Shown here: positions 41,628 to 52,778 of the stretch, in pieces
Position numbering within the stretch: the first letter of the stretch is position 1
Layout: each line of letters opens with the position of its first letter
Assembly (NCBI GenBank): GCA_963761305.1
Contig: CAVXGK010000002.1
Location: 576,001 to 640,000 of the forward strand
Origin: an uncultured Gemmatimonadaceae bacterium
Lineage (GTDB): Bacteria > Gemmatimonadota > Gemmatimonadetes > Gemmatimonadales > Gemmatimonadaceae
Direction of reading: 5' to 3'
Length of the DNA stretch: 64,000 nucleotides
Made by a program: the position numbers and the translations under genes
The notes under the pieces: generated by a model
The model's database searches: none
Told to the model about the DNA's origin: nothing
What the model saw: the letters and a program-made list of their open reading frames with translations, nothing else

Positions 41628-43019
41628 TCAAGGAACCGGCAACTCTCCGGACACGAACCGCAGCACCGCCTTCTGAAGCGCCATGTTGGCGATCGCCTCC
41701 TCCCGCAGCGCGCGAGCCTGCGTGAGCGCCGTCTGAGCCGTGAGCACGTCGACAACCGACGCGAGTCCAACGTCGTATCGCCCCTGCGCGGCGTCGAAGG
41801 ACTCCTGGGCGGCGTCGAGTCCCGCCGCCGTCGCGAGTAGCTTCTGCTCCGCGGCATGGTACGAGCCGAGCGCCGTCTGCAGCTCGCTACCGATTCGCAG
41901 CCGCAGGTCTTCGATGTTCAGGCGATCGCGACTGGTGGCGACCAACGACCGCTCCATGTCGAACCGCTCGCGGTACCCGTCGAAGAGGCTCCAAGACACG
42001 CCAAGCGACAGCTGGGTGTAGCGCTGTTCGCCCAGTTGGTCGAAGAACGGACGCTGCCCCGTCGAGAGCTGATCCTTGCCGTCGATCAGCTCTCGACCGA
42101 ACACGCGGCCGGCGCCGATGTAGTCGAAGCGAAGGTTCAGCTGCGGCAGCAATTCGCCGCGCGCGAGCTGACGATCGTGCTCGTCCGCGGTCTGCTTGCT
42201 CTCCGCCGCGGCGAGGTCGGGACGGCGCGACGTGGCCTGCGCCATCAGTCTCGCGAGCTGTAATTCATCGGGGGCGAGTCGCGCGGTGTCGGCCTCCGGT
42301 TCGACGATGACGTAGGGCCGCGTGGCGTCGAGCCGAAGCCGATTGAGCAGCGACGCGATGTCCGTCGTCGTACGATTGTTCGCGTCGATCACGACGACCT
42401 CGTCGGCCTTCTGCTGCGCCTGCTGACGATAAAGATCCGGCGGGGCTCTCGTTCCGACGCGCACTTGTTCTTCGATCTGGCTGTCCCGCGCCGTCGACAG
42501 CGCCAGATTCGCTTCCGCGACCGCGGCGAGCCGCCGGTCGAGCACGACCTGATAGAACGCTTGCGCGACGTCGAATGCCACTTGCTGCTTCGCCCGGTCG
42601 AGGCCCCGCGTGGCCGCGTCACGCGTCGCGAGCGACGCGCGCATGTGCTCCCGGTCGCGGAATCCGTTGAAGAGGTTGATCGACGCCGACAACTGGTAGC
42701 TCATCCCGTAGAACGACGCGTCGGTGGGAGTCAGCGCCGTGCTGGAGAGCAGCGAGAATCCGGTCTGATTGAACGTGCCGACCGCCGTCGTGATGTTCGG
42801 CAGAAATCGTCCGTACGACTCCATGAGCCCGATGCCGGCCAAATGCACCGTGTCGGTGCCGAGCTGCACGGGCGTCGCGTCGGTGATGGCGATCTCGATG
42901 CTGCGCCGCAGGTCGAGCTGAAGCGTGTCGGCGCGCGAGGGCGTTTGAGCCTGCACGGCGCCGGCGGCGGCGAGGCCGACGAGAAGCCACGTCGCTCGTG
43001 GCATCGCGAGAGTGGTCAT
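41628..43019 (-). CDS. TolC-family outer membrane efflux protein
   Basis: Signal peptide, two OEP repeats (INLFNGF / WSLFDGY), YDVGLASVVDVLTAQ. Confidence 0.92.
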   Translation of the reverse strand: MTTLAMPRATWLLVGLAAAGAVQAQTPSRADTLQLDLRRSIEIAITDATPVQLGTDTVHLAGIGLMESYGRFLPNITTAVGTFNQTGFSLLSSTALTPTDASFYGMSYQLSASINLFNGFRDREHMRASLATRDAATRGLDRAKQQVAFDVAQAFYQVVLDRRLAAVAEANLALSTARDSQIEEQVRVGTRAPPDLYRQQAQQKADEVVVIDANNRTTTDIASLLNRLRLDATRPYVIVEPEADTARLAPDELQLARLMAQATSRRPDLAAAESKQTADEHDRQLARGELLPQLNLRFDYIGAGRVFGRELIDGKDQLSTGQRPFFDQLGEQRYTQLSLGVSWSLFDGYRERFDMERSLVATSRDRLNIEDLRLRIGSELQTALGSYHAAEQKLLATAAGLDAAQESFDAAQGRYDVGLASVVDVLTAQTALTQARALREEAIANMALQKAVLRFVSGELPVP

Positions 43020-44278
43020 CGAGCACTCCCGGCGCCGGATCCGGCCCGTGGCTTGGTCTCCGCCTTCGCGGGCGCCGTCGAATCCGGCGCAATCTCAACG
43101 TGATCGCCGTCCGCCGTCGCGCTTTCGAGATTCAGCGCGATCCGGTCGCCTGCGACAACGCCTGACCCGAACGTGACGAGCCGGCCGTCATTGTTCACGA
43201 CGGTGACGGGCCTGAGATGCACGCGCGACTGTTCGTCGACCGTGCCGACGAAGGTTTGCGAACCGCGCACGAGGAGCGCTTCCGCCGGTGCTTGCGGCTT
43301 CGGAGTATCCGGCAGATCGACGCGGACCGGCACGAAGCTGCCCGCGACCACCAACCCGTCGCGGTTTTCGATGTCGACCTCGGCCAGCATCTTACGAGTT
43401 TTTGGATCGAGCTCGCCGCTGACGCGCGAGATGCGCGCGGCAATGCGCACGTCGCGTCGATCGTCCGTCGTGACCGTGACGGGCGTTCCGGCACGGGCGC
43501 TCGCCGCGTCGGCCTGATCGAGATAGACGAAGATTCTGAGTGTGTCGATCTTCGACACGGTGACGACGGGAAGGGCGCTGGTCTGCGACGTCGCGGCGCT
43601 TTGGGCCAGCGCGCCGGGGTCGGCGAAACGCGCCGTCACACGGCCGCCGAACGGAGCACGAAGCGTCTCGTAGACCTGTTGTTCCTTGAACGACTCGAGC
43701 CGCTGCTCGGCGACGGCAGCTTCGGTCCGCGCCTGGTCCGCCTCCTGAGCGGACACCAGCTTTCGCTGCAGGAGCGTCGCGACCCGATCCGCCGTAACGC
43801 GCTTGTTGTCGTAGTCGGCCTTGGCGCCGAGCAACGCGCGGTCGGTCTCCGGAGATTCGATCGTCGCGAGAACGTCTCCGGCCGCCACGCGAGAGCCGAC
43901 GTCGACCGTGACCGTTTTCAGATATCCGCCGACCTTCGCGTACAGCGTCACGGATTCATCCGGGCGCGCTTCGCCGAGGAGGTCGACGTGCCGCACGGCC
44001 GGCGACTCGGTGACGGCCACCATGCGCACGCGGTTGCCGCGCGCCACGTCGTTCGTTCGGGTGGCCGCCTCGGCAGCGCCGTATGCGGCGCGTCGAGACC
44101 ACAGCGTGCGAACGGCGATCGCGCCGCCGAGAAGGAGAACGATCGCCGTGACGGCGATGCGCGCGCGATGGCTCGGCCGCGCGCGCGATGCACGCCTGTC
44201 GTCACTGTAGGGCGTGAACGCCGCCGCGCGAGACTCCGCGGCGGCGCCAGGTTCCGTGTTTCCGGAGTTCTCAGACAT
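43016..44278 (-). CDS. RND efflux membrane fusion protein
   Basis: TM anchor, AKVGGYL...VDVGSRV, LRAPFGGRV, LDPKTR. Confidence 0.92.
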   Translation of the reverse strand: MSENSGNTEPGAAAESRAAAFTPYSDDRRASRARPSHRARIAVTAIVLLLGGAIAVRTLWSRRAAYGAAEAATRTNDVARGNRVRMVAVTESPAVRHVDLLGEARPDESVTLYAKVGGYLKTVTVDVGSRVAAGDVLATIESPETDRALLGAKADYDNKRVTADRVATLLQRKLVSAQEADQARTEAAVAEQRLESFKEQQVYETLRAPFGGRVTARFADPGALAQSAATSQTSALPVVTVSKIDTLRIFVYLDQADAASARAGTPVTVTTDDRRDVRIAARISRVSGELDPKTRKMLAEVDIENRDGLVVAGSFVPVRVDLPDTPKPQAPAEALLVRGSQTFVGTVDEQSRVHLRPVTVVNNDGRLVTFGSGVVAGDRIALNLESATADGDHVEIAPDSTAPAKAETKPRAGSGAGSAR

Positions 44279-47200
44279 GCGGTGCAGGTGAAGGAGAAAC
44301 GCCACCGGGGTTGTGCCCGACGGCCTCCGCGAGGAATCGCTGTTCAAGGAGGTGTTTGGTCGGCGGATTTCGGCGCAGCACGGAGTAGACCACCGGGACA
44401 ATCAGCAGCGTCACGAGCGTCGCGATCAGCAGCCCGCCGATCACGGCGCGCCCGAGCGGCGCATTCTGCTCGCCGCCTTCGCCGGAGCCGATCGCCATCG
44501 GCATCATGCCGAGCATCATCGCCAGCGCCGTCATGAGCACGGGCCGAAGGCGCACGCGACCGGCCTCGATTGCCGCCGTCGTCGAATCGAGCCCGCGTTC
44601 GACCCGCTGATCGTTCGCGAAGCTCACGAGCAGGATCGAGTTCGACACGGCGATGCCGACGGCCATGATCGTGCCCATGAGCGATACCACGTTGATCGTC
44701 GTTCCGGTGATGGCGAGCGTCCACAGGATGCCCACGAACGCGCCGGGCACCGCCACCATGATGATGAACGGATCGAGCCACGACTGGAACATCACGACCA
44801 TCAACAAATACACGAGGAAGATCGCCACGATGAGCCCGAGGCCCAGGCTGCTGAACGCCTCGTGCATGACCTCACCCTGGCCGCGCACGACGATCGGCAT
44901 GCCCGGCGGCAGCTTGCCGAGCGCCGCGACCTTGGACTGAATTCCGGCCACGACGGAGCCGAGATCGCAGCCCTCGACGTTGGCGTTCACGTCGACGACG
45001 CGCTGCACGGTGTAGTGATCGATTTCGTTCGGCACGACGCGATTGGACAATTGCGCGAGGTTGCCGAGCGTCTGCGTGGAGGCGTGCGGCAGTTCGGACG
45101 GCGCGCCGGCCTGCGAGACTTGCATCAACGGAGAGGCCGCGGTCATCGGCATGTCGAGCAGGGCGGGCACCGACGTCAGGTCCTCGAGCGGCTCCTTCAC
45201 CGCCACGAGGTAATTCACGTCGTTCGTCGGATTGATGTAGAACGACGGCGAGACCAGCGCACTCGATGACGAGCGAGACGAGCACGCTGTTGGCAACGTC
45301 GTTCTGGCTCAACCCCATCTCCGACGCGCGCTGGCGGTCGACGTCGAGGCGGAGCGTCGGGTAGTCGAGCACCTGCTTGACGTGGACGTCGGCGGCGCCG
45401 GGCACCGTGCGAATCGCGTCGCGCAGCTTGGCGGCGTACGTGTACGCCTCGTCGCAGTTTGGAGTCCTGGATCTGCACGTCGATCGGCGCCGAGAGGCCG
45501 AAGTTGAGCACCTGGCTCACGATGTCGGCCGTCTGGAAGTACGACGTCGACCCCGGGAAAGGATCGCGCCAGGTCCGCGCGAATCGCCTCACGTATTGCT
45601 CCGTCGGATGATGCCCCGGCTTGAGCGCGACGAGAATCTCGGCATCCATGCGCTCCCGAGTTGTCGGTCGGGACGAACGCGATGCTCAGGGACGACGGCA
45701 CGCCGATCATCGAGTTGATCGTCCCGAGCTCCGCGGCGAGGCACGATGGCGCGAATGTGGTCCTCGACCTGCGCCACGTAGCGTCTCGGTCGTCTCGATG
45801 CGCGTACCCGCTGGGCGCGCGGAAATGCAGCTTCATCAGCCCCGCGTCGGTCGACGGGAAGAAGTCGCGTGCCGATGCACGGCCGAGCAGCGGACAAGCT
45901 CACCACGGCGACGCCGGCGGCTCCGGCGAGCGTGAACCCCGGCGATGCGTGACGAGCGACGAGAGCAGCATTCGAATATGCGATTCTGGAACCGGGTGAA
46001 GGCCGCGTCGCGCCCGGCGTTGAACCAGTAGGAGAACCGCGACAGGCGACGAGGCGTGGCCGCGGATCGACCTCGGCGTCATGCCCGTGGCCGTGGGCGC
46101 GTTCGCCCGCGAGCAGCATGCGCGACAGTGTCTTGACGAGCGTGCGCGAGAGCACGTACGCCGCGAGCATGGCCACCACGACCGCCAGCGCCATCGGCAC
46201 GAAGAGGAATCGCGCCGGCCCGTCGAGCAGCACGACGGGGAAGAAGACGATGCAGATGGCCAGCGTGGCCATGATCACCGGCAGCGAGATCTGCGCCGCG
46301 CCATCGAGAATGCGACCGTGAGCGGTTTCCCCAGCGCTGCGATTGCGATGGATGTTTTCGACGGTGATCGTGGCGTCGTCGACGAGCAGGCCGATCGACA
46401 GCGACAAGCCCGCCCAGCGTCATGATGTTGAACGAGTTGCCGGTGAGCCTGCAGGCCGATGATCGCGCAGGCGATCGCCAGCGGGATCGACGCGCACGGC
46501 GATCAACACGCTGCGCCAGCTGCCGAGAAACACGAGGATCATGAGCGAGACGAGCAGCGCCGACGATGAACGCCTCGCGTACGACGCTCGAGATGGCGGC
46601 GCGCACGAACACCGACTGGTCGAAGTCGAGGTCGAACGTCGAGCCCCTGCGGCGCGACGGCGCGAATTGCCGGCAGCAATTCCTTCGTCGCGTCGACGAC
46701 CGCCAGCGTCGACGCATCGGACTTCTTCAGGATCGAGAGGTAGGCCGCACGCTGACCGTTCACGCGCACGATGTTCGTCTGGTCGGCGTAGCCGTCCGAG
46801 ACGACGGCGACGTCGCCGACCGTCGTCGGCGCACCATTCACCACCTTGATCGGAATCGCCGCGAACTCGGAAACCGCCGACGGGCTCGAATTCAGGCTGA
46901 CGTTGTACTCACGCGTGCCGATTCGCGCCGTGCCGGCCGGGATGAAGACGTTCGAGTTGTTCACCGCGTTGACGCACGTCGGTCGCCGAGAGGCCTTTGC
47001 CAGCCAGGCGCGCCGGATCGACGTCGATCGTGATCTCACGCGTCTTGCCGCCGTACGGCGCCGGCGTCGAGAGACCGGGAATCGTGAACAGCCGCAGGCG
47101 AAGAAAGTTCTGTCCGTAGTCGGAGATCTTCTCTTCGCCCATCGTCGCGCTGGTCATCGTCAGCTGCGCGACGGGCACGTTCGACGCGTTCGACTGGAGG

Positions 47201-47586
47201 ATGTACGGCGGCTGAATGCCGCGCGGCATGCGGCGCAGTGACGTCGACGACGACGACGCGATCTGCGCGATGGCGTTGCCGATGTCGGTGCCCGGCTGGA
47301 AGTAGACCTTGAGCATCCCGATGCCCGGAATCGACTGCGACTCGATGCGCTCGATGCCGTCGACGACGGAGGACAACCCGCGCTCGCTCAGCAGCACCAC
47401 GCGCTTCTCCATGTCCTCGGCGGAGAGACCGGGGTAGGTCCACACGACGGCGACGACAGGGATGTCGATCGACGGGAAGATGTCCACCAGCATGCCCTTC
47501 ATTGACAGGCCGCCCATGAGGAGAATGGCCGCCGCCAAGACGGCGACCGTGTAGGGCTGTCGAAGGGCGAGCTTTACGATCCACAT
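44271..47586 (-). pseudogene. RND (AcrB/CusA-like) efflux permease with many frameshifts (likely assembly errors)
   Basis: MWIVKLALRQPYT start, NIMTLGGL, GLLVDDA, RLRPVLMT, APLGRAVIGG. Coding frame switches roughly a dozen times between about 45260 and 46980; ends are clean. Confidence 0.88.
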
Positions 47587-47741
47587 GATGTCGGGCGCGG
47601 CGCGTTCGGGAGATGAACGGAAGGCGCCCGCCGAACAGCGGCGGGCGGTCGTTCTGGCGGTGGGGGACTTATATGATGCGCGTCGGCGATGCATAACACA
47701 AATAGATTTTCGGACACGCGTCCATTTGTTATTGTTATGCG

Positions 47742-48674
47742 ATGAACCTCCACCTCCTTCGCCTGTTTTCCGCCGTCGTCGAGAACGAGGGCGTGGTCGC
47801 GGCCGCCCGGTCGCTCCGGCTCAGCCAGCCCGCCGTGTCGCGGGCCGTGCGCGAGCTCGAGGGGCAGATCGGAATCCCGCTGCTGGAGCGGACGACGCGA
47901 CGTGTCCGCCTCACCCCCGAGGGGCGTGAGATCTACGAGCAAGCGCGAGCCGTGTACCTCGCCGAGCGTGCCGTCGAAGACACCGCCGCCCGACTCAAGG
48001 GGCTGCGACAAGGGTCCCTTCACGTTGGCGCCAGCACCACCATCGCGACCTACGTCCTTCCCCGAATCATCAGCGAATTCGCCAAGCGCCACCCGGAGGT
48101 CGATCTGCGGCTGAGCGCGATGCACACGCGGATCATCGTGGACCGACTCAAGGAGCACGAGCTCGACGTGGCGCTCGCCGAGGCGCCGGTCGAGGACAGC
48201 GGCGTCGTCGTAACTCCCTGGCGCATCGACAACATGATAGTCGTCGCGGCATCCGGGCATCCACTCTCCGGCCAGACTCTGCAGCCAAAGCGCCTCGCCG
48301 ACGAGCTGTTCATCCTGCGAGAACCCGAGTCGGGAACCCGCGCGATCGTGATCGCGGCCCTCCGCCGGGCTGGGATCGGTCCCCATCGCATCATGTCGGT
48401 CGATGACACCGAGGTCATCAAACAGGTCGTTGCCGAAGGCCTCGGCATTGGCGTGGTGTCGCAGTACGCGGTCGCCGAGCAGCTGGCGTCGAGACGGCTG
48501 GTCGCTCTGAATGTCGAAGGACTGAGCATTCAGCGCCCGTTCAATCGCCTCGCGCTGGACCGGCGGTCACCCTCGACGGCGGCGAGCGCCTTTCTCACGC
48601 TGTTGGAGCGATCGGACCGCAGGACGCGACGTGGGCGCGGCATCCACGTTGACACTCCGCGCCGGATTACCTAG
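47742..48674 (+). CDS. LysR-family regulator (CysL/YeiE-like), divergent from the RND operon
   Basis: MNLHLLRLF...LSQPAVS HTH, GASTTIATYVLP, REPESGTR. Confidence 0.94.
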   Translation: MNLHLLRLFSAVVENEGVVAAARSLRLSQPAVSRAVRELEGQIGIPLLERTTRRVRLTPEGREIYEQARAVYLAERAVEDTAARLKGLRQGSLHVGASTTIATYVLPRIISEFAKRHPEVDLRLSAMHTRIIVDRLKEHELDVALAEAPVEDSGVVVTPWRIDNMIVVAASGHPLSGQTLQPKRLADELFILREPESGTRAIVIAALRRAGIGPHRIMSVDDTEVIKQVVAEGLGIGVVSQYAVAEQLASRRLVALNVEGLSIQRPFNRLALDRRSPSTAASAFLTLLERSDRRTRRGRGIHVDTPRRIT

Positions 48675-48677
48675 CTT
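48649..48677 (+). promoter_or_regulatory. Sigma70 promoter of the rplM operon, inside the LysR 3' end
   Basis: TTGACA-17bp-TAGCTT. Confidence 0.75.
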
Positions 48678-48772
48678 AAGAGTCTGTCTAAAAAGGCCTT
48701 AGCTGGCCGCCGAGACCCGGGTTGCATGACGCACCGGTGAGGCGCGGGACCCACTTCAGTTGGTCGCACGAA

Positions 48773-49219
48773 ATGAAAACGTTTTCTGCCACGCCGCGAG
48801 ACATCGAGCAGCGGTGGTTCATCGTCGATGCGGATGGCATGATCCTCGGGCGGCTTGCCGCCGAGGTCGCGCGCGTCATCCGCGGCAAGCACAAACCCAT
48901 TTTCACCCCGCACATGGATACCGGTGACAATGTCATCGTCATCAATGCGTCGAAGGTGAAAGTGACGGGCAAGAAGGCCGAGCAGAAGCAGTACTTCCGC
49001 CACACGGGCTACATGGGCCACGAGCGCTTTACGCCGTTCGATACGATGCTGTCGAAGCATCCCGAGCGCGTGATCGAGAAGGCGGTACACGGCATGCTGC
49101 CAAAGACCGCGCTCGGACGGCAGGTGCTCCGCCGCAAGCTGCGCGTCTTCGCGGGGGCGGATCATCCGCACGCCGCGCAGCAGCCGACGCCGTTGACCTT
49201 CACCAAGAGCGAGAAGTAG
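48773..49219 (+). CDS. rplM: 50S ribosomal protein L13
   Basis: WFIVDA, LGRLA, GKHKPIFTPHMDTGD, HPHAAQQP. Confidence 0.98.
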   Translation: MKTFSATPRDIEQRWFIVDADGMILGRLAAEVARVIRGKHKPIFTPHMDTGDNVIVINASKVKVTGKKAEQKQYFRHTGYMGHERFTPFDTMLSKHPERVIEKAVHGMLPKTALGRQVLRRKLRVFAGADHPHAAQQPTPLTFTKSEK

Positions 49220-49222
49220 CCC

Positions 49223-49618
49223 ATGGCCGACACACAAAGCATCCACGCCATCGGCCGACGGAAGGAAGCCGTGTGCCGCGTGTTCCTGAAGCCCGGTTCC
49301 GGCAAGTGGGACGTGAACGGCCGGACCCTGGGCGACTACTTCCCGCGCGCCGCGCTGGTGAGCGCGATTCAGCAGCCGTTCGTGGCGACCGACATGCTCG
49401 GCCGCTTCGACGTCCGCGCCAACGTGGACGGCGGTGGGCAGACGGGACAGGCCGGTGCGCTTCGCCTCGCGGTGGCGCGCGCCTTGGTCAAGATCGACGA
49501 GGGGCATCGCCGCAAGCTTCGCGACCTGGGACTCCTCACGCGCGACGCACGAGCGGTCGAGCGCAAGAAGCCCGGCCGTCCGAAGGCGCGCAAGCGATTC
49601 CAGTTCTCGAAACGGTAG
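49223..49618 (+). CDS. rpsI: 30S ribosomal protein S9
   Basis: GRRKEA, GGGQTGQAGA, ERKKPG, QFSKR. Confidence 0.98.
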   Translation: MADTQSIHAIGRRKEAVCRVFLKPGSGKWDVNGRTLGDYFPRAALVSAIQQPFVATDMLGRFDVRANVDGGGQTGQAGALRLAVARALVKIDEGHRRKLRDLGLLTRDARAVERKKPGRPKARKRFQFSKR

Positions 49619-49677
49619 GTGTACGGGTAGACCGGTCGACAGGTGGACCGGGACAACTGAAGGCGCAGTTCATCTCT

Positions 49678-49762
49678 CAGGGCGTTTGAGCGGTGGTTGG
49701 GTGCCGGCTTGGCCGGTCGATCCCGCGATGAGAGCGTCCGACGACAAAAAACCACACTGAGG
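49678..49762 (+). promoter_or_regulatory. Putative rpsB leader RNA (t44/S2-binding type)
   Basis: GGGCGTTT / GAGCGTCC closing stem with internal GGGTGCC, directly upstream of rpsB. Confidence 0.55.
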
Positions 49763-49772
49763 TTCGGTTCGC

Positions 49773-50706
49773 ATGGCAGATCAGCAAGGCAATCATTCTC
49801 CGACGCTCGAGGCGCTTCTCGCCGCCGGCGTGCATTTCGGCCACCAGACGCGCCGGTGGAATCCGAAGATGCGCCGGTTCATTTTCGCCGAGCGCAACGG
49901 CATTCACATCATCGACCTGCAGAAGACCCTTCGGCAGATCGAGCTGGCGCAGAAGCTCGCGCGCGACGTGGTCTTGCGCGGTGAGCAGGTGCTCTTCGTC
50001 TGCACCAAGCCGCAGCTCGGCGAGCCTCGTAAAGACCGAGGCCGAGCGCGCCGGCGCCCTCTATATCACCGAGCGCTGGCTCGGCGGGCTGCTCACCAAC
50101 TTCCAGACGGTGAAGAAGCAGGTGCGCCGGATGAAAGAGTTGGAAAGCGGCACCGAGGAGGGCGGCGAGTTCGAGAACTACACGAAGAAAGAGCAGCTCA
50201 TGCTCCGTCGCGAGCGCGAGAAGCTCTCCAAGTATCTCTACGGCATTCGCAGCATGACGCGCCTGCCCGGGATCTTGTTTGTCGTGGATTCGAAGAAAGA
50301 ACGCATCGCGGTCGCCGAGGCGAACAAGCTCACCATTCCGATGATCGCGATCGTGGACACGAACGCCGATCCGGATCTCATCACGGTGCCGATCGCCGGC
50401 AACGACGACGCGATTCGTTCGGTGGAGCTGATCACCAAGGCGATCGCCGACGCGGTCATCGAGGCCCGTCGCGAAGCGCCGGTCCGCGAGGAAACCGAGG
50501 AAGGCGAGAGCTACACATACAGCTCGGACCGCGGCGCGGAGCCGGCCGGCGAGGAAGATCGTCGCCGCCGTCGGCGGCCGCGGCGCCGCCGCGCCAAGCC
50601 GGAAGCGATCGCCGCTCGCCTCAAGGGACCGGGCGAGGGCGGAGCGGATGCCGGAGCGGATGCCGGAGCGGATGCAGGAGCGGGATCGGAGACGCCGGAG
50701 GCATAG
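49773..50706 (+). CDS. rpsB: 30S ribosomal protein S2 (one extra base at about 50019-50020, probable sequencing error)
   Basis: [15 protein letters not shown] in one frame; [24 protein letters not shown] in the next. Removing one G gives [14 protein letters not shown]. Confidence 0.96.
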
Positions 50707-50819
50707 TCCTCGCGCCGCAGATCCCACGCAGCACCCGCCGCCGCCGGTTCATTGCCGGCGGCGTTTCCATGACCAAGTACACTTCTGTTTGAACTTTTCT
50801 GTCTGACTGGTATCGACAA

Positions 50820-51422
50820 ATGACTGCGACAATCACTGCCAAGGACGTTGCCGCGCTGCGCGAGAAGACCGGCGCCGGCATGATGGATTGCAAGAAGGCC
50901 CTCGAGGAGACCCAGGGGAACGCCGACAAGGCCGTCGAGCTGCTCCGCTCCAAGGGTGCCGCCAAGGCCGAAAAGCGCGCGGGACGACAGACCGGCGAGG
51001 GCGTCATCGGCAGCTACATCCACCACAACGGCAAGATCGCCGTGCTGGTGGAGCTCAACTGCGAGACGGACTTCGTGGCCCGCACCGACGACTTCCAGCA
51101 GCTCGGCAAGTACCTCGCCGAGCACATCGCCGCCGCCGACCCGATCGGGGTGGACAAGGAGTCGATCCCGCAGGAGAAGATCGAGTCCGAGCGCCGCATT
51201 TTCGTGGAGCAGGTGAAGGCCGAGGGCAAGCCGGACCACCTGATCGAGAAGATCGTGGAGGGCAAGGTGCAGGCGTTCTACAAGGACGTCGCGCTGTTGC
51301 ACCAGGCCTGGGTGCGCGACACCGCCAAGACCGTCGGCGATCTGGTGAAGGAAGTTTCGGCCAAGACCGGCGAGAACATTCAGGTCCGCCGCTTCGTGCG
51401 TTATCGTTTGGGCGAGGCGTAA
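50820..51422 (+). CDS. tsf: Elongation factor Ts (short, about 200-aa type)
   Basis: LREKTGAGMMDCKKAL, NCETDFVA, GENIQVRRF. Confidence 0.98.
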   Translation: MTATITAKDVAALREKTGAGMMDCKKALEETQGNADKAVELLRSKGAAKAEKRAGRQTGEGVIGSYIHHNGKIAVLVELNCETDFVARTDDFQQLGKYLAEHIAAADPIGVDKESIPQEKIESERRIFVEQVKAEGKPDHLIEKIVEGKVQAFYKDVALLHQAWVRDTAKTVGDLVKEVSAKTGENIQVRRFVRYRLGEA

Positions 51423-51495
51423 GCAGCACGCTGACACGACCCAGCACACGCGAGCCGACACGAAGGGTCAGCAGACGGGGGACGAGCATATAAGC

Positions 51496-52209
51496 ATGCC
51501 AGAGCTGAAATACCCGCGCGTCTTGCTCAAGCTGTCCGGCGAAGCACTGGCCGGCGACAAAGGGTTCGGATACGACTTCGACACGGTGAGCCGGCTCGCC
51601 GGCGAAGTCGTTTCCGTGTTGGGTACGGGCGCGTCGGTCGGCCTGGTGATCGGCGGCGGCAACATCGTGCGCGGTTCGCAGTTGTCCAAAACCGGCATGG
51701 ATCGCGTCGCCGCCGACTACATGGGCATGCTCGGCACGGTGATCAACGCCCTCGCACTGCAGGATGTGCTCGAGCGGAAAGGCGTCGACACGCGCGTGAT
51801 GACAGCCATCCGCATGGAGGAGTTGGCCGAGCCGTACATCCGCCGCCGCGCCGTGCGCCACCTCGAGAAGGGGCGCCTCGTCATCTTCGCCGGCGGCACC
51901 GGCAACCCTTACTTCTCGACCGACACCGCCGCGGTATTGCGCGCCATTCAGATCAAGGCGAACGTCATCATCAAGGCGACGAGCGTGGACGGCGTCTACT
52001 CGGCCGACCCGAAGCGCGACCCGCACGCGAAGTTGTACGAGGAAATCGGATTCCGTGACGTGATCGTGGAAGAGCTCAAGGTCGTCGACCAGACGGCGAT
52101 CACTCTCTGCCGCGAGAACGCGCTCCCACTGATCGTTCTCAACATCCACCGTCCGGGCTCGGTCGTCGCGGCGATTCGCGGCGAGCGGGTCGGCACCCTG
52201 GTTCGATGA
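51496..52209 (+). CDS. pyrH: UMP kinase
   Basis: LKLSGEAL, GGGNI, DYMGMLGT, GNPYFSTD. Confidence 0.98.
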   Translation: MPELKYPRVLLKLSGEALAGDKGFGYDFDTVSRLAGEVVSVLGTGASVGLVIGGGNIVRGSQLSKTGMDRVAADYMGMLGTVINALALQDVLERKGVDTRVMTAIRMEELAEPYIRRRAVRHLEKGRLVIFAGGTGNPYFSTDTAAVLRAIQIKANVIIKATSVDGVYSADPKRDPHAKLYEEIGFRDVIVEELKVVDQTAITLCRENALPLIVLNIHRPGSVVAAIRGERVGTLVR

Positions 52210-52760
52210 GCACCATTCAACAAACGCTGAAGGATGCCCGCGCCGGGATGGACAAGGACATCGCGCACGTGAAGCACGAGTTCTCGTCCGTGCGCTCCGG
52301 CAAGGCCGCGCCCAACATGCTCGACACCGTGCGCGTCGAGATGTACGGGCAGCAGATGCAGCTGAACCAGGTCGCGACGATCAACGCGCCCGAGCCGCGC
52401 CTACTCATCGTCACGCCGTTCGACAAGGGCCAGGTCAAGGTCATCGAGAAGGCCGTCCGCGAGGCCGAGCTGGGCCTCGATCCGTCGGCGCAGGGCGCGA
52501 TCATCCGCGTGCCGCTCCCGGCGATGAACGAGCAGCGCCGCAAGGAGCTGGTGAAGGTCGTCCACAAGTACGCCGAGGACGGGCGGATCGCGATCCGCCA
52601 CGCGCGCACGCACGCGCGCGAGGTGCTCAAGAAGCTCAACGGCGTGTCCGAGGACGACGTCAAGCACGCCGAGAAGGATCTCCAGAAGCTGCACGACGAC
52701 TACATCCACAAGGTCGACGAGCTGATCAAGGCGAAGGAAGCCGAGATCATGGAAGTGTGA
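52206..52760 (+). CDS. frr: Ribosome recycling factor
   Basis: VRSGKA, LNQVA, EQRRKELVK, KEAEIM. Confidence 0.97.
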   Translation: MSTIQQTLKDARAGMDKDIAHVKHEFSSVRSGKAAPNMLDTVRVEMYGQQMQLNQVATINAPEPRLLIVTPFDKGQVKVIEKAVREAELGLDPSAQGAIIRVPLPAMNEQRRKELVKVVHKYAEDGRIAIRHARTHAREVLKKLNGVSEDDVKHAEKDLQKLHDDYIHKVDELIKAKEAEIMEV

Positions 52761-52778
52761 GCGAAGTGTGAGCACCGT

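Noticed and set aside
50010..50030. Programmed frameshift or pseudogene in rpsB
   Set aside because: Essential single-copy gene, no slippery sequence, fixed by deleting one G, and other indel errors occur nearby.
50641..50682. 12-bp tandem repeat GGAGCGGATGCC
   Set aside because: An in-frame GADA linker expansion in the disordered S2 tail; unremarkable.
50820..51422. Truncated EF-Ts
   Set aside because: The ~200-aa form is an established type in several phyla, and both terminal motifs are present.
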